From Rhina ancylostomus (Eukaryota): DNA of 62,410 nucleotides. The position numbers were made by a program, and so were the translations under genes. Positions 36,543 to 48,969 of the stretch are shown in pieces. The stretch is taken from contig JARFYF010000001.1 of NCBI GenBank assembly GCA_030265395.1, forward strand, positions 96,092,722-96,155,131, given 5' to 3'. Each line of letters begins with the position of its first letter. The first letter of the stretch is position 1. The notes beneath the pieces were generated by a model. That model worked only from the letters and a program-made list of their open reading frames with translations, had not been told where the DNA came from and searched no databases.

Positions 36543-38087
36543 GATGAGAGGTACAAGTTCTCTTAGTGAGACAAAGCTGACACCCAAGGCTTAGTCATTC
36601 TTTCTACCGGTGCACAATCTGATCGACAACAAAAAGATAATTTTGCAAATTTGTACACTGCTCAGGTCTATAGCTGGGATCAAAAGTATCACTTTAAATA
36701 CAGTCCAATGTTTCCAGCCACCATCTTCAGTGCAAGTCTTCGTGCCAAGAAGTGTTTTGAACAACTGCAGGTAAATGATGAATGAACCATTCAAGTCTGT
36801 ATTCTGTACAGAGATAAACTGCAGGAAAATTCTTGAGCCATGTTTATCAGGCTGCAGCTGCCACTGAGGTCACAGTACTCTCCAGTCTCACTGATTTACT
36901 TATCTCCTGGGAGAATGGAAAGGCGAAACCACCTGGGGACAGAAAAACTGTTCAGTTGTATCAGCATTTTGATGACACGTAAATGAAATCGCATGGCTAT
37001 GAAATGCTTGATTCTAAAACCTGATTTTTTTGTTGTAAAGTCTCAAATTGTTTGGAAAAAGATTAATTCCCCCTTTTTTTCATTAAATGATGTGTCCCCC
37101 ACACATACCCACCCTAAGGTTAATAACCAATTTAATTCATGTTAGTACATTTGAAGACTGTTTCCTTTCTCATTACACCCTGCTGTCAAGCAATAGTCTG
37201 ACCTTGGCAATTATGAAATCGGCTCTTGTTGCAAATGAGTTCAAATTACTTCTGGCCTAGAATAAATATTATGCTAATAATACCATCTTCAACATGAAGC
37301 TTTGTGTAATTATGCCTTGCATTCTGGGAACTGCTTATTCACTGAAGTGAGAAACCCAAACGCATGAGGCCAAATATTTGGTAACATCTGCCATGCAGAA
37401 CGAGTATGTGGAACCACACTGCTGTGTTGAGTTAGACATTATGCATGCAATTGTTGCAAGTCAGACGTCTTTCTCCCACTGCTGTCTAAAGGAGGGTTGA
37501 TGATCAGGAGTCAAGGGACATGACCTGATTTATTTAGACCCTTGTTTCTCGGGTCCAATGTGGCCAGATGTACAACAGCAGAATTCCCAAGGTGGGCTTA
37601 TGGACATATTTTCCTTCAATTTCTGATTTACTTTCCACTCACATCAGCTTTTAGTGACTGTAGAAACATGTCAAGTTTGGCATCCATCCATTAATCTTTT
37701 GGATGGAGACTCCTCTTTTTTTTCCAGAAATGGGACATCCATTTAATTTCAAACNNNNNNNNNNNNNNNNNNNNNNNNNNNNNNNNNNNNNNNNNNNNNN
37801 NNNNNNNNNNNNNNNNNNNNNNNNNNNNNNNNNNNNNNNNNNNNNNNNNNNNNNTGGGACATCCATTTAATTTCAAACAGGGAGCAAAATTTTGTTTTAT
37901 TTTTGAAAATGTGGATTGCATTTTCTGTGCCACACATGTTGAGCTCTGAAAAGAATAATTTACTTCTGTGTGTATGTTCCAAATCGTAGAATTTACTTCA
38001 GTCGACATCTTATGAATGTGAAAGAGTAAATTTTATAAGGAGTAACATTACCTAATTTGGACTTGATTTCTTTGAAATGGTTATTTA

Positions 38088-38290
38088 CAATAACAAGAAT
38101 CCTGTATTTACAAAGATGTTGTAATACAGTAAAACCTCCTAAAGCTCTTTACTGAAGTTTCATCATACAGAATCTGACACCATGCTACATCGAAGCTATT
38201 AAGTGAGATGGCCAACAGTTTGATCAAAGGCACACTGAGAGTTTTTTCATCAGATAGCTGAAGTAGGGAGGTAAAGCAACATCACATGAT
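38088..38290 (-). mobile_element. L2 LINE 3' terminus, degenerate
   Basis: CAATAACAAG...GTAAAACCTCCTAAAGCTCTTT...TCTGACACCATGCTACAT...GATGGCCAACAGTTTGATCAAAG, reverse complement of 27690-27830. Confidence 0.55.
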
Positions 38291-38699
38291 TTTTGCAGAG
38301 GGTATGCTATGACATCCGATGATCAACTCATTGTTGAACCAGGTATTACATTTGCAGTCTGGTTCAGCTGGAAATAGTGGACAAGATAGAGTAGCAGCAT
38401 CTGTGGACATGACCAAATATATAATCTCTGTTGCTCACATGCTGGGTCTTCCTTGGATGCCATTTGCTACTTTCTTCTCTAGTTATAGAAATTACTCTGT
38501 TGAAGCTGGCACACCTGGCTTCTGTGGTTAATGAATGAAAGCACTAGCATTGCTTTCTGAAGCTCCATTTGCCCAGTTATGGTGCAGCCAAAATTTCAGC
38601 AGTACATGATAACAACACAGGTCTGTTGAGTAGACAATTAATTATCTCTATTAAGGAGCTCAGAAAATAAGATATGAGACTAAACATAAGATGGATGTT

Positions 38700-38770
38700 T
38701 TCAGATGTCAGGCAGCATCCATGGAGAGAGAAATCATTAATGTTTCAGGTGGATGAGCTTTCATTAGAAC
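38700..38770 (-). mobile_element. Penelope pLTR-derived fragment
   Basis: GTCAGGCAGCATCCATGGAGAGAGAAA..TTAATGTTTCAGGT..CTTTCATTAGAAC; ends at a decayed hammerhead core. Confidence 0.65.
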
Positions 38771-39888
38771 ATCTGGGATAGGCTTTTGGCTCAGGAGTAG
38801 ATGGTAACTGCTGAATTCCTTCAAGTTAAAACTGATTCCTGTCATTGGCTGGGCCAGACTTTATCTCATGAAAACCTTCAAACTGCTGAGAATTATCAAC
38901 ACCAGAGTGATTTCTGAGGCTAGCTATGACCATTTAAGGGAGTCAGGAAGAAATTTCCCTTATTTATTTTCCCAAATTGGCTGGAACTTTTAATCATCTT
39001 TCGCAGGAAGTTGCATTGCTTCAGGTGGGATGGAGATGGCACATTTCATGATTCATAAGACAGTGTAATTGTGTGAGGCAGATCATGCTTTCTTGTGCGT
39101 CTGTGCTTAGTTGGTCGTGCTATATCTTCATGATTCATTCTTTTATCTCTTTTGCAAAATAAGTGGTCAGTTGCCAATGTCGATGCTCGCTAATCGCTTC
39201 AGACAAGGAATGTGCTTTATCATCCAGGGTTTTGTAATGGTTCAAAGTAGAGGGTTGCTGCCACAGAATATTATTTTCTTCATTCCAGGAATTTTTGAGA
39301 GAACAATGCAATCCACAAGCTTCTGTACAATGGAGGGTGAGGTATCCACAGAAAGAAATACTTCCCTTTTCACCAAGAGACCTGTCCCAGTTTGCAACCA
39401 CAAAAGAATCAATTGTTTGACATAAGATCAGGTCAGAAGTGGAATGGTGAAGCCACATTCCACAGAATCTACATTGAACTTTATACTCCCAAGAGGTAGA
39501 ATGAAAACTTCCCAGTCTTAAAGTACAGATGCAAAACATCAATTCCTTTACAGGAAACGCAATTGAAACCATTAACCACAGGTGCAATAGAATTTTTTAA
39601 CTGCTTACATGTTTCCAAAACTCCAGTCCATTGATTTTTCTTTAGCTGTTATTTTTATTGTGTATAAGACCAGAAACTGAGGTCATTGAATGCTGAAAAT
39701 GTGTCTTTTCATCCACATATCCTTATGACAGGCATTGCAGGGAATGGGATTGCCCTTTGATTTAGCATCAACACAAAAGGTCGAAACGTCCTCTTTTATT
39801 CACAAGGAAATATGGAGTGAGTCCTGAGACCATGACCCATTCTTCTGGACTCTGAATGCTAGGCACATCAGGACAAGCATTAAGTCTG

Positions 39889-40138
39889 TGTCACAATGTT
39901 GATCCAGAGCAAACTCACAGAGAACCCAAATGCGGCACACTGATACAAGACTGGAGTCAGGATNNNNNNNNNNNNNNNNNNNNNNNNNNNNNNNNNNNNN
40001 NNNNNNNNNNNNNNNNNNNNNNNNNNNNNNNNNNNNNNNNNNNNNNNNNNNNNNNNNNNNNNNCCAGCATGGAATCCATGTGCTGGACAACAAGGCATTA
40101 ATGAGCCAAATTGAGGGCCAGAACTCAGAACCATGACA
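39889..40138 (-). mobile_element. Second copy of the LTR-like element, 5-bp TSD
   Basis: TGTCA...TGACA termini; GTCTG at 39884-39888 and 40139-40143; reverse complement of 31585-31834 with few differences; central 100-N gap. Confidence 0.85.
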
Positions 40139-40741
40139 GTCTGCTTCCTAAATGGCAGAAGGAAACTAACGGTGAATCAGTAGAATCAGAACAATGAAGA
40201 TGGATGGTGTAGGCAGGCAGTTACTGCCAAGAGGCACACTTGAATGGAAATTCATCATGGGAATTTAGTTTGACACATTACCATTGAGACTGTTGCAATA
40301 GAATTACTGGCTTCAAAGTGTGTACCATGCACTCCAAGGAAATACCCTGGTCCATAAATAATATTAAAGATAATATCTTAAAGTACACAAAGCCAAATGC
40401 AGAAGAGAGCAGTGAAAGGATGTTGAGGCAAGCTGTGGGTGGTAAACTCTTCATGACACCAGGCAGAACTAATGAAAAGCTAGCCACTGTTCGAAGGGAG
40501 CTGCCCTTGGGAATGGAGCGTTCTTTCCTTTGGAGCCTTCAACATCTTCAGAAAAGTTGTTTGTATAAAATGATTAACACAAAGCAAACAAGCTTAACCA
40601 AATGGGAGCATGGAGATTCTCCAAGAACTTCAAATATACTTAAACTTAAAATAAGAATTGCAGTCCTTTCATTAAATGTATATCTTGGAAGAAGTATGCC
40701 TTCATCTAAACTCAAAACATGGGGTATCTTTGCTTGCTTAC

Positions 40742-41266
40742 TTCTCCTCAAACAGTCCATCAGGATTGAGGATGATTTGTTTCTACCCCAGTTTTCTGGG
40801 TTCCAAGGTCAATGATGAGGCCAATATGGGAAACACAGAGACATCCACTATTGGGATGGCAGGTATCTTACAGGGCAATCAGGTGGGCAGTTTAAGTATT
40901 GTACTCTCTTTCCAACATTTACACAATATGTGCTTCTGATGCATGGACTCACTGCCATCCTGAATGCTCCTTCTCCACTTTGAGCAGTCATGGATCAGAG
41001 ATTCTCAAGCGTCAGTGGGGACGTTGCAATTTTTTCAAGAAGGCTTTGAGTGCATTCTCGAAGCTTTTCCCCTGTCTGCCTGGTATTCTCTTTCTGTAAC
41101 ATAGCTCAGAACAGAGTGTCAGTTTTAGGAGTCCTGTGTTGGGTGTGTGAACAAGGTTGCTTGCCCTGCAGAGTCAGTTGAATGTGAGTATGGCTTCAGT
41201 GCTCCAGAAGTTGGTCTGCAAGGAAATACTGATGTTACTTGGTTGTCCTTCCATGGAATTTGGAGT
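40742..41266 (-). mobile_element. RTE-clade LINE 3' end
   Basis: Minus strand LQIPWKD...ESLIHDCSKWRRSIQDG matches the RTE C-terminus; plus-strand CAGTCCATCAGGATTGAGGATGATTTGTTTCTAC and GATGAGGCCAAT are the reversed RTE terminus. Confidence 0.8.
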
Positions 41267-41279
41267 TCAAGGCTAAATG

Positions 41280-42075
41280 TCTATGAGCTTTGCCATGTGG
41301 CAACTTTAAGCACCAAGTAGGGGGCAGAACAAACCATCTTATATCACCTTTCTCACCTTCACTAAAGCCTTTGACTCCATCAGCTGGGAGGGAGTGTGGA
41401 GCATCCTCCTCAAATTTGGCTGCCCACAGAGATTTGTATCCATCTTATGCTTACTTCATGATGGCATGATCCCAACTAATGGGACTACAACAAAGCCAAC
41501 CTCAGTGAAGACCAGTATCAAGCCTACATCATTGCAACAGCATTTTTTCAATCTTTCTCATCTCAATGCTTCCTACATGATTAGAATTAATCTTTCTAAC
41601 TAACAGGAAACTATTCAGTTCACAGCAACAACACTCCAGAACTAAGGTCAGCTCAGTAATCGATCTGCAATGTGCAAGTAAAGCATTTGTACATGCTCAG
41701 AGGCTGAGCTCTAAGCCATCATTGACTTGTTTACCAAAGTATATGAAAGGATGAGCCTTATGCTTGACCTCTGCTTGACAAAGGTCTTCTGTCTATTGTC
41801 AGAGGGTAAAACACTATTTTCTGACAATAAAGGCTCATTGTGATACTCTGGAAAAGAAATAGACCACTTCTTGTATCTCAGGAGCCATCTCTCAGTGAAG
41901 CCAGAAATTGGTGATGAAATTTGCCATCATTTTCATTCTGCCAGTACAACATTTGATCAGTTGAAGAAAAGAATGTTTGAAGGTCAAGACCTCAGAGTTT
42001 ACACATGGTCTACTGGGCAGCAGTGATCCTTGCTCTCCTACATGCTTTTGACACCTGTTCTACCTACAGTCACTT
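41280..42075 (+). mobile_element. RTE-clade LINE RT fragment (inverted arm of the insertion at 40742-41266)
   Basis: TKAFDSISWEGVWSILLKFGCPQRFVSILCLLHDGM; YLRSHLS...ASTTFDQLKKRMFE; VYWAAVILALLHAFDTCSTYSH. Confidence 0.85.
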
Positions 42076-43551
42076 ATAATGTTCCTTTAGCATGCATGAA
42101 ACCTGCAGCAGAAGTTTACTGATATGTAACCATTTTCCTTCTATACTGTATATTCATACTGAGGTTCATGTAACCTAGTGTCTCCCCAGATTCTCTTCTG
42201 CTGCTAAACCAACATCTGCTGGCCAGGATTAGTTTCCTGCCCACTGAGGAATAACTGATCCGGTGTTTGTTCTGTAAGCAGAAAATTCAAGGGGTGGCGG
42301 TAACTAATATGTTGAATTTGGCTCTATGGAACTGATATTCCAGCTCATACGGTAGCCCTTCACCGTTCCCTTAACTTGGAACACAGTAGTACATCCTGTG
42401 CCCATGTATTACTCTTCCCCGGTGTTTTCATGGAAGAACTCAAAATAATATACTTTAATACCACCACTTCCTCAGTAAAGTTGGCTATTTATACCATCCT
42501 GTTTTTGCTGTTCTGTGTTATTTAAAGAGCAATATTATATTCAGGGAGGTGGGGGAAGTTAACCTTCAAAAAGTGGGTCGGCTGGATTGGAATGAGTGAT
42601 GGTAAAATCTCAACCAATCTTTCTGCCTGGGGTTGGGTAATGGATGGCAGCTCTCACTATCTTGTTTGGCCATTTACGTAAAATAATAATGAGACTGGGG
42701 TGGGGGGCTCAAACTTAACCAGCTTCACAGGTTTAACCCCCGTATGGCCATAGCAAATAGCTATGAGACCGAAGCAGAGAAGGAAAAGTGTGAGCATCCT
42801 GGGGTGCATTTCACTCCGACCACTTCAGTTTGCCTACTTGCCTACTCCAACGCATCAGTCGTCACAAAATGTACCTTTTCTTTCATCCTTCTATGCCAGT
42901 GCACTTCCCCACCATTCACCATTTACTCTCACCCTTGTCCATAGTCATGAGTCTCCCTCAAAATCACCCTCAGCACAAGGTTTCCGTCCATAGGCTCAAC
43001 ACTGTTTCACTGGTCTCTTGCCACCTTGTGGGAAAAGAAAGCACAAAGCTCAAGGCAGAGGCAGAAAACCTGAGGTGGCCCTTCATTGTAAGCAGGGGAG
43101 GTTGATGAGATTGTGGGGAGAATAGGCCTTTGGGAAAATTTCTGGGTGAACGGCATTGCTCTGTGAGGCAGTGTAAACTTGATGGACTGAATAGCCTCCT
43201 TCTCTGTTGTAAGGAAATATGGAAGTATTTCACTCAGGAACTTGACATGTCCTACAGGAGCTGGTCGAGCTGGAAGTTTCCTCAGAAAGCTAACCAAAGC
43301 TACCCCCCTCGGTATTCCAGCCATAGAATTAATGATGACCAGGGGCTAGCTCAGATACCCACAGCTTGGTGGGGCTCATGTGACAGCTGTGTTTACACCT
43401 GTTGATTCAGACATCACAAATGATAGTAAACAATGTTAAAGACAGGAACAGAGAAGGAGAATCCCTGTAAGAGCATGCTTCACGCTGTGCTCATCTGGAA
43501 GCAGATGCTGCAGTTACAAATAGGATACCTCTGGAGAGCAGCAGTGCATGC

Positions 43552-43742
43552 GTAATAAAAACAGAAAATGCAAGATAGGCAGCATCTATAGATGTAGGAA
43601 CAGAGTTAATGGTTCAGGTCAGAGACCCATCATCAGAGACTGTGTGAAAAACACAATGATACTGGAGGAACTCAGCAGGCCAGACAGCATCCGTGGAGAA
43701 AAACAGGCAGTCAACATTTTGGGTCAGGACCCTTCTTCAGAT
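43552..43742 (-). mobile_element. Two adjacent Penelope pLTR-derived elements
   Basis: First AAAAACAGAAAATGC..GGCAGCATCT..AGAGTTAATGGTTCAGGTCAGAGACCCATCATCAGA; second AAAAACACAATGATACTGGAGGAACTCAGC..GTCAACATTTTGGGTCAGGACCCTTCTTCAG. Both end at the hammerhead motif. Confidence 0.8.
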
Positions 43743-43814
43743 ATACTTTCTTATACCCACGGGTATTCTTCTCTTTCACCTAACTGCCCATAGCCAGTGA
43801 ATTGCAGCATACAT

Positions 43815-43857
43815 GGTATTGTATCATGGTGAAATGTTTATACCATGATACAATACC
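43815..43857. repeat. Perfect 16-bp inverted repeat with 11-nt spacer
   Basis: GGTATTGTATCATGGT (43815-43830) and ACCATGATACAATACC (43842-43857). Confidence 0.95.
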
Positions 43858-44084
43858 GTCCAGCAATCAGACAGTGCCCTTTCTTCACAGGCCCAAAGAT
43901 TATGGGGCTGTAAAAATACAATGATGCAATTTATCTAAAGAAAGTGAAGTAAAATACCAATTTCAGTATGCAAGTGGTCTACCGTGGAAATTGAATTCAG
44001 TGTCAGTGAGAAAGTACTCTCAAAATTATCATGATCACATACTTATATTTCATTACTGAAGCCTTGTTTTAGAAAGCCTGCTTG

Positions 44085-45110
44085 GAACAGGAATAGATTA
44101 TTCAATGCCTTGAGCCTATTCCATAATCAAGTTAATTAATCTGATCTAAATCTCAACTTGATTTATCCATTTTTGATATGCGTCCCTTAAACCCCTCGGC
44201 TTATAAAGCATGGCCAATCCAACTTGAAATAATCAATTTACCCCATATCCACAGCACCATATTTCCACCCTCCTTTCTGTGGATTAAGTGCCTTCTTTGT
44301 CCATCCTAACTTTAATAAGAATGCACTTCATGTTTTGGATTCACTCACCACAGGAAATAGCTTTTTCAAATCTCCCTTTTGAATTCATTTACCATTTTGG
44401 AGACTTCATTTAGGTTTCCACACAACTTTCTAAACTCGGCCAAACACCAGCCAAGCTTCTTCAACCAATTCCCAAATTTTAACTCTATAAGGCCTGATAC
44501 TGGTATGAACATTTGTGCTGGCTCAAATCCAAGTCCTCCCTCAGCTGCATGGCCAAAAATTGAAGGTTCTCCAGATTTGACCTGACCAAGGCCTTAAGCA
44601 GCCAAAGCATCAATTCCTGGCTTTCACATTCTAATTATCTTGAGATAAACAATAAACTTCTGTTATGCTTTGTAAATACTTTAAGAACTGTGCATCTAGT
44701 GATTTCTGGATCCTTGAATCATTTTATCCCTCCACAGCTCCTAGTCATTTGATACAAAGAAAATATTATAAATTGCCCTTCTGTGATGCAAAGTGGATGA
44801 CCTCACACTTTTCCCACAAGAAATGCCACCTGCTCCAATTTTGCCTTGTCTTTGACCCTTTCGTAACTTCTTGTTTCCATCTATGTAAGTCACTTCAGTT
44901 AGCAACTTAGTGTTATCTCTAGACTTGGATTGATAACTTGGATTGATCTCCTGTCAACATAGACAGACAAATCTTGATTCTTTCCACTTGGGTGATTTAT
45001 ATATAGTGGAATACAGTCTATAAATCACCCAGTGGAAAGAATCACTGGGAAACCATCTGTTGCATCTTAGCAACCAGTACAATCTCTTTATCCCCTACTT
45101 CCTCCCTCCC
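44085..45110 (-). mobile_element. Old CR1 LINE fragment
   Basis: GGAACAGGAATAGATTATTCAATGCCTTGAGCCTATTCC terminus; CAAAGTGGATGACCTCACACTTTTCCCACA (KCEVIHF on the minus strand). Confidence 0.75.
44976..45043. repeat. Near-perfect 25-bp inverted repeat inside the CR1 remnant
   Basis: GATTCTTTCCAC(T)TGGGTGATTTATA and TATAAATCACCCAGTGGAAAGAATC; one bulged T, 17-nt loop. Confidence 0.95.
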
Positions 45111-45884
45111 TCCCTTTAAATAATTAGCACACAGTTTTAATCTGCTTGAAAGATTTCAAAACCAATGGATTGTTGAATAATTTTCCAATCTGAATTATTA
45201 TTCTCTTTTTATCACATCTGTATGTTGTCATGCAAATAATTGCTCTAATACCTTAAATATTGGATAAATATTAATGTATCTATTTTTAGTTTAAATCATG
45301 TAAATGTAAAATCTGGATTATTCTTTGGATTTAATTTTATTTTGCAAACAAAAATGTGGTTATTAGAGGCTCTCTGAGGGAAAACATGGGCAAGATTCAG
45401 AAAGTAAAGAGGGGTAACAGAACGGGAAAAGAAAACCTTGTGTTCTTTCTTGTTCTACAGTAAGAAAAGCAAAAAACAAAGGAAAAAAGGATTAAGAATG
45501 CAAGTTATTTTATGTTTTGAAACTAATTCCGCACTGTGGTTTTTACAGCATTCAGTTCTTTGGGCACTGTGGTTGTAGGTTTTCAGGAGCCAGTCGCGTG
45601 AATGGGTTTAAATATCTTTTTCAATTGTTGTAGGAAGTGTCTCACAGCTGCCAGTACATTCAGTTCTGCTGAAATATTCCTCATTCATTATTCCAATATG
45701 AATGACTGTACTTCAGACTTAGAGTGTGGAGCCATTTAACTCTCTTTTTCCCCTGGCTTAAGTTCACAAACCTGGACTGTTATTTAAAACAGTGATCAAG
45801 ATGGGAAACCAAACGGTTTCCTTTCTGAGTCATTATCATTTTCTGCTTTCTGCAAGGTTGGTTCCATACTTTACCTACTGTTGT

Positions 45885-46085
45885 CATCCTTGGCTCTTTT
45901 GTGTCACAAGGTCATAGATTCAAGCCCTGCTCCAGAGACTTGAGACCACAGTCCAAGCTGACACTTGAATGGCCATTAGCATCGGTGCCATCTTTTAAAT
46001 TAAGGCAAGAACTTCCCTCTTGCATAATTCAAGGAAGAGTAGAGAAGTTCGGTTCTCACCAGTGTCCTGTCAATGCCAATGTAGT
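45885..46085 (+). mobile_element. DeuSINE remnant (5' half)
   Basis: AGATTCAAGCCCTGCTCCAGAGACTTGAG..TCCAAGCTGACACTT..GGTGCCATCTTT..GAAGAGTAGAGAAGTTC..CCAGTGTCCTG. Confidence 0.65.
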
Positions 46086-47024
46086 TAATGCCAATCATCG
46101 GTGACATCAGGAATGCTTTGCTCATTGACTCAAACAGCTCTTACCCTTTCACCAAGAAGTAGTAAAATTTGTTTTTAATTTTAAGGTAATCTTCTGTGCC
46201 TTGATTATGTTAGGAACAGGGGAAAGTGGTACACTAAGGTCAAAGGTTCACAAACTTTTTGTGAGGTCTGCTTTCTCTGTACACCTATCCCACCCCAATC
46301 CCACTCCCATTCTCTACATTCTTCACTCACTATAAGCTTCGAACCAATGGCTTTATAATTGCACTCTCCCATCCAACTTATCATACATTCACTTACAAAC
46401 TCCCTCCCAAGGAACTCTGAACCTGTGGTATCCTTGCATATTTGTGAATATTTGAACCACTTTACAATCCCCATTATATATCTCTGAACTACCAAGGAAG
46501 CTCATTCTTGTATCTGTTGATTCCAACTCTGCATTAAACATCAAGATATTCCTAGGATAATTCATGTAAGTAATTTTAATTGGTGCCCTCTATGAAGGAA
46601 TATTCAATGTGTTTCAATCCAGTAATTCCCTTTGTTGATCTAATCTATGCATATTCTTTTATGTGTTTCTCTTTCAGAAGCAACAGTTAAAGTTCCTGGC
46701 TTCTCGATGACCATGCGAGTGTCGTGGGATTGAAGTGCTCTTGTGTTTCTTTGCCCTGCCACTGATTTAATCACATGCACTGATGTGATAGCTTGTTGTT
46801 CCTGTTCACTTATTGATGGACAGTATAACTGAGACAGTAGGGCCAGACAGGCTGGTGCTGTCCTGGCTGTGCCTCCCTTGTCCCTGACCCTGCTGTTGAG
46901 TGTTGAGAACTCCCTTTCAGTGAGTTTCTGCACAGGAAGGCATGTCTAACCAGTGATAACTTTATGCACTCAAGCCCCCCAGAGTGCTCAAATAGAGAAG
47001 TGATTCCTAAAGTCATAGTGATCA

Positions 47025-47345
47025 AGCGAGGAAACAGGCCCTTCAGCCCATTGAGTCCACACCAACCATCAAGCACCTGTCTACTCTAATTCTATTTTCC
47101 TTCTCCTGCATCACCATCAACTTCAGCTGCACCCCAGTTCTATCATCCACCTACACTGGGGCCAACTTACAGCAGCCAATTAATCTACAAACAGCATGTG
47201 TCTTTGTCGTGGAAACCAGAGCACAAGGACGAAATGCACAAGGTCACGGTGGGGGGGGGGGTGTGCGCACAGACGGCACCTGAGGTCAGGATCAAAACTG
47301 GGTCTCTGGAACTATGACACAGCAGCTCTAACTGCTATGTTACAG
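47025..47345 (-). mobile_element. HE1-like V-SINE with CR1-type tail
   Basis: GAAACAGGCCCTTCAGCCCATTGAGTCC tail; GGAAACCAGAGCAC; CACAGACGGCACCTGAGGTCAGGATCAAAACTGGGTC head. Confidence 0.8.
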
Positions 47346-47784
47346 GGTCAGCCATAGTTCTCCTCTCACAGTGCAGAGTCCAAGCCATTGTAAAAATAAT
47401 CTCAGTATTCTCAAAGGTGCTTAGGATCATTTAAAGTTGCAAGTGGTGGAACTTCTAAATCATCCTGTATGACTGCAGGGGCATGTCTTGTACCCTCTTC
47501 CTATAGCTACTATCAGATGTTACCAGATGCTTTTGTCAAGGTCATTTGATTCTAAAAGGTAACTGCGGTTCCAAAGCAAGCTTTTAGAAGGAGACGATCT
47601 TAGGTTAAGAACCACTATTCTCTGAAGTTCCTTGGTTTCACTTGCCCGCAGATACTTACTACTCTGAATTCCTGGGGATGAAATAATTATGTTAGTACTT
47701 GTGAAAAATATGTGAGATCGCTGGCTACATATTACTTACAACCGTATCCTTGGTGTGCAAAATTTAAAAAAATGACCATCAAAA

Positions 47785-47971
47785 AAATGAAGAAGCTGAA
47801 AACCTGAAATCAAAACACAAAATGCTGGAGATGCTTAGCAGGTCAAGAACAGTTAACATTTCGGGTCAAAGATTCTTCAGGAGTTCTGATGAAGGGTCTT
47901 CGACCTGACTTGTAACTGCTTCTCTTTCCACAGATACTGCCTGAGCTGCTGAGTTTTTGCAGCATGTTTTT
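47785..47971 (-). mobile_element. Fold-back Penelope pLTR-derived element
   Basis: AATGCTGGAGATGCTTAGCAGGTCA / CTGAGCTGCTGAGTTTTTGCAGCAT arms; back-to-back decayed hammerhead motifs (minus 47850-47881, plus 47882-47917); possible TSD ATGACCATCA / ATGACCTTGA. Confidence 0.8.
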
Positions 47972-48644
47972 ATGACCTTGATGTTATGCTTATGTGCATG
48001 GGTAGTTCATAATATGAATGAGTGAATGGACAGGTGGAGAAGAAGGAACATTAGGAAATNNNNNNNNNNNNNNNNNNNNNNNNNNNNNNNNNNNNNNNNN
48101 NNNNNNNNNNNNNNNNNNNNNNNNNNNNNNNNNNNNNNNNNNNNNNNNNNNNNNNNNNNNNNNNNNNNNNNNNNCCTGTTCTGTATTCAGTCTCCTCTGC
48201 TGTTTGCCATCTTGCAATGCAAATGGAGGAGGAGAGCCAGAGATTCCTCCGCACAACTCCGAAAGCAATCATGCTCTGTAGATGAAAATCAGATGAATCT
48301 GGAGCAGAGCAATATTGTACCCACTCCTTTGTGTTTTCACACCCATTAGGAAATTCAAATCTTGGATGTTTCAACATGATTTTCATTTGCTCGAACACAT
48401 CTCTCAGCTGTAAAACTCTCCCAAACAGTAGTGTAATGCACAAAATTCACCCACAATGAAATTTTCAAACTTGTTTGCTCAAAGAACAGCCAGGATTTAT
48501 GAACTTTGTTTGCTCTGTAGCCATGCTAAATAAAGGCCCTGCACTCACTGGGATTTCTAGGCTGAAGTGCTGGAAATGTCCTAACTTGCACTGAGTCTCA
48601 TTTACTCATCACCTAGCTTGGTTTTCAATTATAGAGTGACAATG

Positions 48645-48948
48645 TTACAGATTCATTCAGCTCAGAAGCAGTCCCTTCAGCTCACTGGGTCTGCGCTGAC
48701 TATCAACTCCCATTTACACTAATCCTACATTAATCCTGCTTTATTCTCCCTACATTTTCATCAACTCATCCTAGATTCTATCACTCAGTTACACAAAGGC
48801 AATGTACAGTGGCCAATTAATCTACCAACCCCCACGTCTGGGCTGTGAGAGGAAACAGTCATAGGAAGTATGTGCAAACTCCACACAGACAGCACAGCAG
48901 GTCAAGATTTAACCCAGGTTACTGGAGATATGAAGCACCAGCTTTACT
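48645..48948 (-). mobile_element. HE1-like V-SINE with CR1-type tail
   Basis: CAGAAGCAGTCCCTTCAGCTCACTGGGTCTGC tail; GTGCAAACTCCACACAGACAGCAC..GGTCAAGATTTAACCCAGGT head. Confidence 0.8.
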
Positions 48949-48969
48949 GCAGGTACGGTAGTGTAGCGA

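Noticed and set aside
39135-39587. 150-aa minus-strand ORF
   Set aside because: Non-ATG start, no recognisable motif, no supported splice structure; this length can occur by chance.
40318-40815. 165-aa ORF
   Set aside because: No recognisable homology; its end runs antisense into the RTE 3' terminus.
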